In this document: piece after piece, positions 47,125-56,732 of the stretch | Layout of the letters: each line of letters opens with the position of its first letter | Numbering within the stretch: the stretch's first letter is position 1 | Assembly (NCBI GenBank): GCA_963752285.1 | Contig: CAVVXN010000005.1 | Span: 64,001 to 128,000 of the forward strand | Direction: 5' to 3' | Length of the DNA: 64,000 bases | From: an uncultured Planctomycetota bacterium | GTDB lineage: Bacteria; Planctomycetota; PLA2; JAEUHO01 | Position numbers and translations under genes: made by a program | Notes under the pieces: generated by a model | Databases searched by the model: none | Told to the model about the DNA's origin: nothing | The model's input: the letters and a program-made list of their open reading frames with translations, nothing else

Positions 47125-49416
47125 TCAGCGGTCGAGGAAGAGGCCGTAGAGCGGGGACCCGGCGGGGTTCTTCTCGTCGAACGCGCCCGTGCCCACCGTC
47201 GTGTCGTCCTTCCGACCCGACGAGTAGACGTCCCGGCCGCCGCCGAGGTCCAGCAGCGCCGAGAACGAGAAGACCTTGTCGGCGTCGTAGTGGTACTCGT
47301 TCCCGCCGCCCTGGCCCTGGGCCGACGCGGCGGCCGCCGCGTAGCGGTCGTCGCCGCCCTGGTCTGCGAGGATGGCGATCGCCTGCATCGCCGCACTGCC
47401 CTGTCCCAGGCCGTCGCAGCGGTAAGCGTCGTTCCCCGCGCGGTCGAGCAGGAGGCCGATCGACTGGTCCCACGTGCCCGCCTGGCTCGCGGCGGTCATC
47501 GACCAGTACGTGTCGCTGCCCTGATCGTCCACGAGGATCCCGATGGCCTCGTGGGCCGCGAAGGCCTGACCGTAGCGGTTGCCGTGGTAGAGGTCGTCGC
47601 CCGAGACGTCGTGGAGGAGGCCGAGGCCGAAGTAGTACCCGCCGGCCTGCGCGAACTCGCCCGCGTCGTAGCGGTCGTTCCCGCCGAGGTCCTCGATCGC
47701 GCCGAGGCCGCCGGCGGCGTAGCCCCGCACGCCGAAGCCGAACGCCTGGCTCATCGCCGCGTACACCGCGGGGGTCCCGTACGCCGAGGGCACGTCGGGC
47801 CCGTCCGCGACGTAGAGGTCGTTGCCGCGGCGGTCCACGATCGCGCCGATGCCGCGCGGTCCGCCCACGCCCTCGACGTAGCGCTCGCCGCGGTACACGT
47901 CGGCCCCGTCCTGGTCGATCAGGAGCCCCACGCCCCAGAACCCCGCGCCGAGGCCCCAGCCGGAGTCCTTGCCCATCGACTCGTACACGTCGTTCCCGCC
48001 GCGGTCGAGAAGCACGCCGACGCCCATGAGCCCCGCCCCGACGCCGAAGGGGGACTCGGTCCGGTACACGTCGTTCCCCGCCCGGTCGTCGAGCCACGAC
48101 AGGCCGAGCACCGTCGTCGCGGGGCCCTCGAAGGCCGCCTTCGCGAGGTGGCGGTCGTTTCCCGCGAGGTCGATCACGACGCGGAGGGCGAAGGGCGGGG
48201 ACGCCCCGTAGTCGTACTCGTCGTCTCCGCCGACGTCGTACACGGCGCCCAGCTTCGACATCTCGTACCGGTTCGGCCCCGGGCCGCCGACGACGGCGAG
48301 GTGGCCGAGCGGGTCCTTCCCGGCCCAGAGCACGTCGCCCTCCACCGCCGCGCGGACGTCGGGAGGCACCTCGGCGAGCGCCGTTGGGTCTGCGTGGGTC
48401 CGGGCCTCGGCCTCCCAGGCCGCCGGCGCGTGGCGCAGCAGGACGAGCGCGAGGGCCATCACCTCCCTCGCGTGGGGGCCGCCGATCCGGTTGATCGTCT
48501 CGACGTGCTGGTCGGCGTGCTCGTCGTAGACGTAGACGTCGTTCGTCAGCGTGCGGAGGAGCGTCTCGAGCGGCGAACGCCAGTCCTTGGCCCAGGTCTC
48601 GAGTCGGGCGCCCGCCTCGCGGACGAGCGCGTCGTCGTCGGGGTTCTCTCCCTCGCCGGCCGGGGGCGAAGGCTGGTCGAGCACCGCGCGAACCAGCGCC
48701 TCCACGTGCGCGGGGTCGCCGTCCTGGACGGCCTGGAGCGGAGGGTCGAGCCCGCGCGCGACCGCGTCGGCGCTGAGCGGCCGCCGGAAGCACTGCACGA
48801 CGGCGGAGAGCGAGTCCGGGTCGAGCGCGTCCTCCTGGACCTTCGCGAGGTAGGGGAGGAGCGCTTCGAGGCCTCCGCCCACGCCTTCCTTCCCGGTCCA
48901 CGCCCCGACGGCCTTCGCGCCCTCGATCAGGGTCTTCTCGAGTTCGCCCTCCGGCGTCGGGGGGACGACACGGCCTCCGAGCCCGCGGCCCACGCGTCCG
49001 GCCCAGCGGTCGCGCGAGCCGAGCGTCGCCTTCACGGTGAAGGGCTCGCCGCCCTCGCCGCCGTGGGGGACCGCGCTCTCGGGATTCGCCTCGCTCGAGC
49101 GACGCAGCACGAGCGTCACCTCGTCGCCCGGCTTCTTGGACCGGACGTAGGCCTTCAGTGCCTCGGCGTCCCGGGGCTCGCCGTCCACCGACACGAGGTT
49201 GTCGTCGCGCCGGACGCCCAAGGTGGACTCGGTGCCGCGTCCTCCCAAGGGCCCCGGCACGATCCACGAGACGACGGGACCGTGCGCGCCGTCGCGCACG
49301 TAGAGCCCGAGGAAGGGCTGCTCCGCCCACGGCCGCGGGTCGTCGTCGGCCGCACGGGCCATGCCGCCCGCGAGCAGAACCCCGAGCCCCACGACACCGA
49401 CGATCGCGCTCTGCAT
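47125..49416 (-). CDS. Secreted PDZ-domain protein with C-terminal D-x-x-G-(N/D)-D-x-Y repeats
   Basis: Signal peptide; PFLGL..GP..LGVRRDD.LVSVDG (PDZ); about 10 repeats such as DRAGNDVY, DRGGNDVY, DLGGNDRY, DQGGDDRY. Confidence 0.8.
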   Translation of the reverse strand: MQSAIVGVVGLGVLLAGGMARAADDDPRPWAEQPFLGLYVRDGAHGPVVSWIVPGPLGGRGTESTLGVRRDDNLVSVDGEPRDAEALKAYVRSKKPGDEVTLVLRRSSEANPESAVPHGGEGGEPFTVKATLGSRDRWAGRVGRGLGGRVVPPTPEGELEKTLIEGAKAVGAWTGKEGVGGGLEALLPYLAKVQEDALDPDSLSAVVQCFRRPLSADAVARGLDPPLQAVQDGDPAHVEALVRAVLDQPSPPAGEGENPDDDALVREAGARLETWAKDWRSPLETLLRTLTNDVYVYDEHADQHVETINRIGGPHAREVMALALVLLRHAPAAWEAEARTHADPTALAEVPPDVRAAVEGDVLWAGKDPLGHLAVVGGPGPNRYEMSKLGAVYDVGGDDEYDYGASPPFALRVVIDLAGNDRHLAKAAFEGPATTVLGLSWLDDRAGNDVYRTESPFGVGAGLMGVGVLLDRGGNDVYESMGKDSGWGLGAGFWGVGLLIDQDGADVYRGERYVEGVGGPRGIGAIVDRRGNDLYVADGPDVPSAYGTPAVYAAMSQAFGFGVRGYAAGGLGAIEDLGGNDRYDAGEFAQAGGYYFGLGLLHDVSGDDLYHGNRYGQAFAAHEAIGILVDDQGSDTYWSMTAASQAGTWDQSIGLLLDRAGNDAYRCDGLGQGSAAMQAIAILADQGGDDRYAAAAASAQGQGGGNEYHYDADKVFSFSALLDLGGGRDVYSSGRKDDTTVGTGAFDEKNPAGSPLYGLFLDR

Positions 49417-49850
49417 GCGCGGAGCATACGCGGGCGAGACGACCCGTTCGCACCCGGAACGGAGCGGTGCCAACGGCGCGCGAGCGCGCCCGTCTGGGTC
49501 GGTGCCGTCCGGGACGTAGAGGGCCACGGGGGACGGAGCCGCTGCGTCGTCGTGGGGGGCGGCGCGGGTGCTCGGGCCCGACCGCGCGGACGCGGCGAGG
49601 GCGGGGTCTCGGCTCCCGGCGGATCCGTGGTGCGCGTCCCGCCCGCCGCCGACGACGCGTACGACGCGAGCGGGCGGCGCGACCTCGCGGCACCGTCGAG
49701 ACGACGGTGCGGTACGGGGCCGCGCGGCACACCGTGTCGGCGCCGGTCGTGGACGGGCGCGCCGAGCTCGTGCCGGGTCCCGACGGATCTCCCGGCTTGG
49801 GTCGTCGGGCCGCCGCGTGACCAAGACCCGGGCTCGTGCGATGTAGGCGT

Positions 49851-50072
49851 ATGCCGCTGTACCGGGAGGACCTCCAGGAACGTCGTCGCGACCCGCCCGA
49901 GCGTCAGAGCGCTCCCCCCGCCTCGAAGCTCTACCTCCATCCCCTGTGCCACCCCACGTCCCCGACATGGGTCTACTTCCGCCGCGATCTACTCACGGTC
50001 CTCTGCTCCGTTTGCCGGCGAAGGATCTGCTCGGTCGCGATCGCCTCGCGTCGGCGAGACGTGCCGACCTGA
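49851..50072 (+). CDS. Small His/Cys-rich (putative zinc-binding) protein
   Basis: 73 aa with LYLHPLCHP..TWVYF..LLTVLCSVC..IC; protein-like composition, unlike shadow ORFs. Confidence 0.55.
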   Translation: MPLYREDLQERRRDPPERQSAPPASKLYLHPLCHPTSPTWVYFRRDLLTVLCSVCRRRICSVAIASRRRDVPT

Positions 50073-50118
50073 GGTCCGACCCGCGGGCTCGGGAACCGCG
50101 GGTCCGACCGCCGCCGTG

Positions 50119-53100
50119 TCAGGGGGACTCGAGCTCGAACGACGCGATCGCGAGGTCGGGGCCGAACGTCGCGAAGCCGATCCGGTGCCGGTCGGGCACC
50201 CTCGCGATCCAGACGTGGTCGAAGAGCACGACCTCGCCGAGCGACACCGTCAGCCGGTCGCCCAGGAGCTCGAGGCGGAGCTTGCGGGACTCGGCGTCCG
50301 AGAGCTTCACCGGCACCGTCTGGTACTGGAGGTCCTCGTGGCGCTCGAGGCGCGCCTGGACCTCGTCCTTGCCCGTGGGGTGGAGGATCAGCGCCCAGCC
50401 CGCCAGCACGTCGGTCCCGCCCTCGGCCTGGAACGCGACGACGATCTTCGGGACGCCCCCGCTCTTCGGTACGAGATCGAGGGACAGCCGGAAGTCGGGC
50501 TCCTTCGCGGTCGCCTTCTCCTTCAGCCACGCGAGGTTCGAGGGCGCGTCGCGCGGGAACCCGGGCCGGACCGTGTACTTCCGCCACGGGACCTTCTGGT
50601 CGGTAGCCTGCCCCCGCAGGTGCTGGTTCTGCACCTGGAACGAGCCGACCGTGACCTCGAGCTTCGGCCCGAACGCCTTCACGCGAAAGTCGTGGCGCAG
50701 CCGGGCGTGCCACGTCGGGGGCTTCGAGGCCGGCTCCGGGTCGGCCGGGAGCAGGTCGGCGTGGAGGCCCGCGATCGGGGCGCCGTCGCGGCCACAGATC
50801 GCGAGCACGAACCCCGCGTCGCCCCAGCGGTTCTTGACCTTCACGAGCACGCGGTTCCGGCCCTCGCGCAGGTGGACGGGAAACCGCATCGCGTCGGGCG
50901 CCAGCGCGGCGGGCCCGCGCCAGGGGACGAGGCTGCTCGGGCTCGGGCCGAGGGGCGCGTAGCTCTCGACGCGCTCGCCGTTCAGGAACACCGTTACGTC
51001 GTCGTCCGCGCGCACGTGGACGAAGGCGTCCTCTGCGTGGTCCACGGTCACGTGGGTCAGGGCGTACGTGGCGGTGTCGTCCTGGTAGGCGTAGTGGATC
51101 CCGACCCACCCGATCGGGTCCACGGTCACCGCGGGCGCCTCGCCCGCCTTTCGCCACTGGCAGGCGTTGTTGCCGCTCACGTACTCGGCCTTCAGGTCGA
51201 TCGTCTGCTCCGGGGCGAACACGACGACGCGCGGGTCCGCGCGCGGGCTTCGAAACGGGCCGATCACCCACCAGTCGTGGACGATTCCCAGCTCCTCTTC
51301 GGCGAACTTCCTCACCTCGGCGGGGTCGTCGCTCCGGCGCGCGAGCCCGAGCAGCGCCCTCTCCACGAGGTCTCGGCGCAGGGGCGAGGACGGATGCGCG
51401 AGGAGCCTCTCGGCCTGTTGGAGGATGCTCCACTCGCCCCTCGCGAAGCCCTCGACCTCCGTGGCGAGGATGTCGCGGTCCGTCTCGACGAGGGGGAATC
51501 GAAACCTCACGAGGTCGTCGAACGCGCCCGGCCCGAACGCGCGAACGAGGTGATAGGCCAGCGCACGGACCACGTCCGGCTCCCGTCCGTCCTTGACGGG
51601 CATCGCGCGGTAGGCGCGGAAGAACCGCCGGTAGGGCTTCCAGTCGTGGCCGGTCGCCGTCTTCGCGTACTTCTCCTCGAACCACAGGAAGAACCCCGCG
51701 CTCGGCCCGTAGTCCTGGATGCGCCAGTACGGGATGTCGCGACCGACGTAGTCCTTCTCGAACGCCTCCAGGTTCGACTGGAACGCGTGGATCTCGTCCG
51801 CCTTCTGGCCGAGCGCCTCGAACGCGTACGCCGCGCCGAAGTTGGCCAGGCCCTCGCGGAAGCCGTGGTAGATGGGCGCGGTGTCGTCGATGCAGTGGGT
51901 GAGCTCGTGGTAGAGGAGGCCCGTGTCCACGCGTGTCCCTCGCACGTGCGGATCTGCGCGTCCGATGTCGATCCGCTTGCCGCCGCCCTGGCCGCCGCCG
52001 AAGTCCCAGAGCTCCTTGAAGAAGACCGTCACGCGGTCGCCCGCGGGATTCGGAAGTCGTCCGAAGAGATCGGTCAGGAACACGTACGCGAGGTCGTAGC
52101 GGAGCCGCGAGACCTCGGGGATCGACTCCACGAGCGTCTGGGGTCCGATGAACAGGAACGACTGCGACGGGACGACGGCGAGCCGGTTGAACGCCGGGTT
52201 TCCCACGGCGTCGTCCACCATCTGCTGTTCGTCCGGCGGCGTGTCGGCGAGCCAGGCCGCTTCGGTCTCGTCGAGCTTCGCGCGGGCTGCGGCCGCGAGG
52301 TCGTGGTCGCCGCTCGTGGCGATGCTGCGGAGCACGATCCGGGCACGCGCGTACGCCTTCGCCTGGAGCCAGGCCACGCCCTTCTCGAGGAGCTTTCTCG
52401 AGGTGCCGAGCGCGTCGATGGCCTGCTCGGCGGCGGCGCGGTCCTCGTCGGTCACGCGGGCGAGGATCCTCACCCTCAGGTCCTGGATGTCCTTCTCGGT
52501 CCGCTTGGCCTCCGCGAGCGCGCCGATCACCGCGCGATCGGCGTCCTCCTCGAGGGTCCCGCCGACCGCCTCGAGGAGACGGAGCGCGGCGAAGAGGTGG
52601 CCCTGGTCGAAGTACCGGCCCGACATCTGGCGGAGGTATCGGCGTTTCTCCTCGGCGATCCTCTCCCTGACGACGTCGTCTTCGATGAGGCTCGGCGGCG
52701 GGGCGGGCAGCGGGCCCGCCTGGAGGAGCGCGTCGCGAAACCGGCGCTTCGTCTCGTCCTCGGACGCGCGTCGGATCGCGCGGACGAGGAGTCGCCACGC
52801 GCCCGATCTGTCGCCGCTCTTCACGCGCTCGGCCGCGCCGAGGAGGACCCGCTCCACCGCCGCGGGGCCGTCCGCCTCGGCCTGCGGGGGCACGACGAGC
52901 TGGGCCGCGAGGAAACGGCCGACGCCGAGGCCCTCGCCGCCCGCCGGCGGTACGAGGTCGCCCGTGGCGGGGTCCACGAACGCGAGTCGCAGGTCGAGCG
53001 TCGTGCCCGGGGCGACGGCCTCGTCGAGCGGGACCGGGACGTCGATCGTCTCGGTGACCGCCCGGCCCTTCCTCCACGTGGTGGTCGGCGGCTCGGGCGC

Positions 53101-53397
53101 GTGGTCGAGCGACAGGACCTCGCGACCCACGTCTTCGAGGCGCAGGTAGAGGCCGTACGCCGGGTGGACGTCCTCCGACGGGAGGAACGTCAGTGTGACG
53201 CGCCAGCGTCCGAGGGCCGCGGCGTCGGTCGCGTCCACCTTCGCCGAGACGGCGACCGGGACGGTCCGGGGGCCCTCGTCGTCGTGGTCCTCGGCGCGGC
53301 CCGCGGGCGGCCGAACCGCGAGGACGAGGAGGGCGAAGGCCGCGCCGAGGAGGAGCCGGCGCGGGCTCGGGGTCGTGGGGGCGGCCGAAGATCGCAC
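50119..53397 (-). CDS. Large secreted gluzincin-type metallopeptidase with beta-sandwich accessory domains
   Basis: Signal peptide; LYHELTH..FREGLANF (HExxH + E); WWVIGPF..ADDDVTVFLNG..LREGRNRVLVKV (PA14/jelly-roll-like); C-terminal ConA/DUF1080-like domain. Confidence 0.75.
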   Translation of the reverse strand: MRSSAAPTTPSPRRLLLGAAFALLVLAVRPPAGRAEDHDDEGPRTVPVAVSAKVDATDAAALGRWRVTLTFLPSEDVHPAYGLYLRLEDVGREVLSLDHAPEPPTTTWRKGRAVTETIDVPVPLDEAVAPGTTLDLRLAFVDPATGDLVPPAGGEGLGVGRFLAAQLVVPPQAEADGPAAVERVLLGAAERVKSGDRSGAWRLLVRAIRRASEDETKRRFRDALLQAGPLPAPPPSLIEDDVVRERIAEEKRRYLRQMSGRYFDQGHLFAALRLLEAVGGTLEEDADRAVIGALAEAKRTEKDIQDLRVRILARVTDEDRAAAEQAIDALGTSRKLLEKGVAWLQAKAYARARIVLRSIATSGDHDLAAAARAKLDETEAAWLADTPPDEQQMVDDAVGNPAFNRLAVVPSQSFLFIGPQTLVESIPEVSRLRYDLAYVFLTDLFGRLPNPAGDRVTVFFKELWDFGGGQGGGKRIDIGRADPHVRGTRVDTGLLYHELTHCIDDTAPIYHGFREGLANFGAAYAFEALGQKADEIHAFQSNLEAFEKDYVGRDIPYWRIQDYGPSAGFFLWFEEKYAKTATGHDWKPYRRFFRAYRAMPVKDGREPDVVRALAYHLVRAFGPGAFDDLVRFRFPLVETDRDILATEVEGFARGEWSILQQAERLLAHPSSPLRRDLVERALLGLARRSDDPAEVRKFAEEELGIVHDWWVIGPFRSPRADPRVVVFAPEQTIDLKAEYVSGNNACQWRKAGEAPAVTVDPIGWVGIHYAYQDDTATYALTHVTVDHAEDAFVHVRADDDVTVFLNGERVESYAPLGPSPSSLVPWRGPAALAPDAMRFPVHLREGRNRVLVKVKNRWGDAGFVLAICGRDGAPIAGLHADLLPADPEPASKPPTWHARLRHDFRVKAFGPKLEVTVGSFQVQNQHLRGQATDQKVPWRKYTVRPGFPRDAPSNLAWLKEKATAKEPDFRLSLDLVPKSGGVPKIVVAFQAEGGTDVLAGWALILHPTGKDEVQARLERHEDLQYQTVPVKLSDAESRKLRLELLGDRLTVSLGEVVLFDHVWIARVPDRHRIGFATFGPDLAIASFELESP

Positions 53398-53455
53398 GCG
53401 GCCGGGATTATGCCCGACGCGCGGGACCTCCGGCTCGGGCGTCTGCCCGGGGCCT

Positions 53456-54529
53456 TCACTTCGGGGCGGCGGACTTCGCGAGCTGTAGCGCCAGCTCGTA
53501 CGCGCCGCGCCGCCCGAGGGCGGCCAGCGCCTTCTTGGCCGCGAAGATCTCCGAGAGGTCGGCGCCCGCGCCCGTTCCGACCCAGGTCGCCACGACCTCC
53601 CCGGTCGTCGTCCGGTACGCGCGGACCTCGACGCGCGCGCGGCACGACACGAACCGACCCACGCGGCCGCCGTACTCGCTGAACGCCTCGCCGACGACCG
53701 CCAGGTCCGCCGGGAGCGACTTCGGGGCGGGGAAGCTCGCCTTCTGCTTGCCGGCGTCGTCGAGCCACGTCCGCTCCCGCTCGCTCGTGACGGGCGCGAT
53801 CTCGAAGTCGAGCCGGCGGAACGCCGCGAGCATCTCCGTCTCGGCGGCGGGGTCCGCGACGCGAGGCGCCTGGACGTGACGCTCCGGCACCGCGAGCGCG
53901 ATGCGCGGCCGCGTGACGCCGAGCTTCTCGATTGCCTCCCTCAGCGCCTTCTCCCGCGCCGCGTCCTCGGGCGTGGCCGCCGGGAGGATCTCGCCACCCC
54001 GCTCGACGAGGAGGTCCAGGACCCGAGCCGCGAGCTGCGCCGCGAGCTCGGTGCCGGGCGCGTCGGCGCCGCCGCGCACGAGCGCCGGGAGGTACGCGCC
54101 GGTCTCCGCGCCGATGGCTTTCGCAGAGAGGAGCACCTCGCCCTCCACGGAGGAGACGCGGCCGACGACGAGCACCTCCGCGCCGACGAGCTTCCCCACG
54201 TCCGCGCCCTTCCCCTCCTCGACCAGCCCTGCGAAGCTGAGCGCCTGCTCCTCCTGGATGCGGTCGAGGTCCGCGCGCGTGACGAGCCGGAGCTTCTTCG
54301 ACTCGGCGAGCTTCGCTTCGAGGAGGCGCGGCAGCGCCTGGGTCAGCTCCCGGAGGGTGTCCTTCGGGCCCTGGAAGTCCAGCACGGCCACGACGAGAGG
54401 CGCCGGTACGTTCGCCGGTGCGGCGGCGGGCGGCGGGGGCGCGGGCTCGTCGGCCCGCGCGAGGCCCGTTCCCGCCAAGAGCACGAGGGCCGCGAGCCCG
54501 CCGAGGGAGGTGGGGTGGAAGGTCTTCAT
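53456..54529 (-). CDS. Secreted CsgG/FlgO/TolB-N-like domain protein
   Basis: Signal peptide; VAVLDF..LVTRADLDRIQEEQALSFAGLV..VGKLVGAEVLVVG; second alpha/beta domain. Confidence 0.8.
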   Translation of the reverse strand: MKTFHPTSLGGLAALVLLAGTGLARADEPAPPPPAAAPANVPAPLVVAVLDFQGPKDTLRELTQALPRLLEAKLAESKKLRLVTRADLDRIQEEQALSFAGLVEEGKGADVGKLVGAEVLVVGRVSSVEGEVLLSAKAIGAETGAYLPALVRGGADAPGTELAAQLAARVLDLLVERGGEILPAATPEDAAREKALREAIEKLGVTRPRIALAVPERHVQAPRVADPAAETEMLAAFRRLDFEIAPVTSERERTWLDDAGKQKASFPAPKSLPADLAVVGEAFSEYGGRVGRFVSCRARVEVRAYRTTTGEVVATWVGTGAGADLSEIFAAKKALAALGRRGAYELALQLAKSAAPK

Positions 54530-55475
54530 CGTTCTCTCCAGAAGGCGCCGTCCGACGCGTCGGGCGCGCGGGCGGCGAAGTCGTGAAGCCACGGGGCGCA
54601 CGCGACGACCGCGCGAAGCCGCGCGACGAGGAGCGCCGCGAGGGGTTCGTCCGCGAGGGCCCCGACGAGGCGCAGACGCGCGACGAGCACGCAGCCCTCT
54701 CCGACGAAGGCGAGGCGGACGAGACCCGGCACGAGCTCCAGGTGCGCGCCCGCGGGCGGCCGGAGCGGCCGTTTCGCGATGCCGTCCGAGGCGCCCCACC
54801 GGACGAGCGCGCCCGGAGGGAGGTCGTAAAGGAGGAGCCCGGCGGGCGGCGGGGAGGGCGGGCGCCCCTCCGAGACCCATGGCGCCGCATCGGCGCCCAG
54901 CGCGAGCACGGTCCCGCCCCCGCGCGCGAAGCCGAGGAGCGCGGGGACGAGGGGCGTCACGTCGCCCGCGCCGGGGGCGAGCACGATCGTGCGTCCCCGA
55001 AAGCGGGAGATCGCGGTCGCCGTCCCGAGGGACACGCGCTCGATCTCGATCGGCGTCGCGCCCGCGCGACCGGGCGGGGGCGCGCCGACCCAGCCGACGC
55101 GCGCGCGGCCGAAGGGCGCCGCGGGCGGCGCCGCGTAGACGAGGACGTCGGTGACGCTGCATTCGCCGTCCCTCGCGCAAAGCTCGAGGCGGGCCGGGAT
55201 CGTCCGGCGGACCGCCGGCACCTCGACACGGAGCCCGAAGCGTCTTCGAGCGCGTCACCGCGCCCCTCCGCGATCACCGCGCCGAACGCGACGAGGCGCC
55301 ACGACGGCCCGCCCGCGTCCGACCCGTCGGCGACCGCGAGGCGCCGGACGACCGTCGTGCCGCCGTACCAGCGCGCGCCGCCGACGAGCGCGGTCCCGGC
55401 GGCGTCGTCCGCCGCGACGGGCGCCGCGACGATCGCGCTAGCGAGCAGCAGCGTAGAGGGCCAGCGCACGGCCAC
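54526..55475 (-). pseudogene. Secreted hypothetical protein interrupted by a frameshift near 55240 (or sequencing error)
   Basis: The signal-peptide ORF from 55475/55469 turns to low-complexity sequence after ..AEGRGDALE; protein-like sequence continues in another frame (LRVEVPAVRRTIPARLEL..) to the stop overlapping ATG 54529. Confidence 0.55.
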
Positions 55476-56145
55476 CGGTTCGGACCTCGCCGACGAGGAC
55501 TCGTTCGCCGCTCGCCACGGTCGGGAGCGTGGCGGCGATCTTCGCGCCGTCCTCGAACGTGGCGGCGCAGGCGATCTCGACGCGATTCGAGGAGGGCTTC
55601 GTCGCCCGGACAGAGAGGCTCGGCATCGACGGGAGGTCCACCGCGACCTCCGCTCCGTCGGGCACGACGAGGCGGGGCGCTTCGAGGACGTGTCCCTCGG
55701 CGTCGCGCAATTCGAGGAACACGACGCGTCGCTCGTCGTCGGAGGCGCGCGGAGTGAAGCCGATCACGACCTCGCCGCCGGAGGACGCGATCCACGACAC
55801 GCGCTCGCCGAGGCCCTGGTCGATCGCCTCGAGGACCTTCCGTTCGTGCTCGGCCCACGCGAGGGGCACCGGCGACTCCGCCGTCGCGGCCCGGGGACGG
55901 AGCGCGAGCCCCGCGCCGACGCCGACGCCCACGAGCACGACGGCGGCGGCGGCGAGGACCGCGACGCGACGTCGCGTCCCGAGCGCGCGGCGGGCCAGGA
56001 GCGCACCGAGGAGGGCGTCCTCGGCGCCGGCGCGCGGTTCGGGCGCGCGGTCTCGGTCGCGCTGGTCCCAGCGATCGAACGCCAGGACGGCGTGGTCGGG
56101 CGGCGCGTCGTCGTGCGGCTGGGGTCGGGGATCAGACGTGGTCAC
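55438..56145 (-). CDS. Putative anti-sigma factor (single TM)
   Basis: Directly overlaps the sigma gene 3' end; short cytoplasmic part, TM VAVLAAAAVVLVGVGVGAGL, periplasmic domain. Confidence 0.65.
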   Translation of the reverse strand: MTTSDPRPQPHDDAPPDHAVLAFDRWDQRDRDRAPEPRAGAEDALLGALLARRALGTRRRVAVLAAAAVVLVGVGVGAGLALRPRAATAESPVPLAWAEHERKVLEAIDQGLGERVSWIASSGGEVVIGFTPRASDDERRVVFLELRDAEGHVLEAPRLVVPDGAEVAVDLPSMPSLSVRATKPSSNRVEIACAATFEDGAKIAATLPTVASGERVLVGEVRTGGRALALYAAAR

Positions 56146-56671
56146 GGAGCACCTCTCCGAGGCGGCGCTTCGCCTCGTGGACGCGCCAGGAGACGGTCCC
56201 CTCCGCGCACGAGAGGCAGCGTGCGGCCTCGGCGTGCGAGTAGCCCGCGAAGGTGGTCAGGACGATCGCGGTGCGGAGGTCGTCGGGCAGGCCGCGCATC
56301 GCCTCGTGGACGAGGCGGGAGCGCTCCTCGTGCTGGACGTCCTGGACCAGACTTCGCGGACCGGGGCGGGCGTCGCCGTCGAGCCCCGTCGTCGGACGGC
56401 GGCGACGGCGGTCGTTGAGGTACAGGTGGATCCCGATCTTCGTGATCCAGCTCCCGAGCGCGGCCTCGCCGCGGTACGTGCCGAGACGCTCGAGCGCCCG
56501 CCCGAACGTCTCCTGGCAGAGGTCGTCCGTCTGGTCGGGGTCGCGGGTGAAGCGCCAGAGCGTCTTCCAGACGGGTCGGTAGTGGCGCTTCACGATCTCG
56601 CTCCGGGCCAGGGGGTCTCCTCGCCGCGCGCGTCCGAGCAGGACCGCGAGATCCAGGTCGTCCGGCGTCAT
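56132..56671 (-). CDS. ECF sigma factor (sigma70 group 4)
   Basis: ARRGD..IVKRH, DDLCQETF, WITKIG; region 4 LPDDLRTAIVL..GYSHAEAA..EGTVSWRVHEAKRRL. Confidence 0.92.
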   Translation of the reverse strand: MTPDDLDLAVLLGRARRGDPLARSEIVKRHYRPVWKTLWRFTRDPDQTDDLCQETFGRALERLGTYRGEAALGSWITKIGIHLYLNDRRRRRPTTGLDGDARPGPRSLVQDVQHEERSRLVHEAMRGLPDDLRTAIVLTTFAGYSHAEAARCLSCAEGTVSWRVHEAKRRLGEVLRDHV

Positions 56672-56693
56672 CGGCGTCGAGGACCTCCGCTCC

Positions 56694-56723
56694 GTTCGAC
56701 ACGGGGTCGGCGCGGTTCCTTGG
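56694..56723 (-). promoter_or_regulatory. Candidate ECF promoter upstream of the sigma gene
   Basis: CCAAG-N16-GTGTCGAAC; near-identical motif at 61641-61669. Confidence 0.55.
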
Positions 56724-56732
56724 CGCTGGCCG

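Noticed and set aside
49690..49710. Perfect 9-bp hairpin GCACCGTCG-AGA-CGACGGTGC as terminator or ncRNA
   Set aside because: No U-tract, lies between divergent genes, single copy; not distinguishable from chance at this GC content.
47290..53682. 2130-aa plus-strand ORF and many other long ORFs (e.g. 24401-27760, 20879-24391, 59085-62801, 62002-63885)
   Set aside because: Antisense or shifted-frame shadows of real genes in GC-rich DNA; Arg/Pro/Gly-rich or mirror-codon composition with no motifs.
55255..55257. Minus-strand TGA as a second selenocysteine codon
   Set aside because: Upstream sequence in that frame is Arg-rich nonsense with no redox motif; a frameshift explains the region better.
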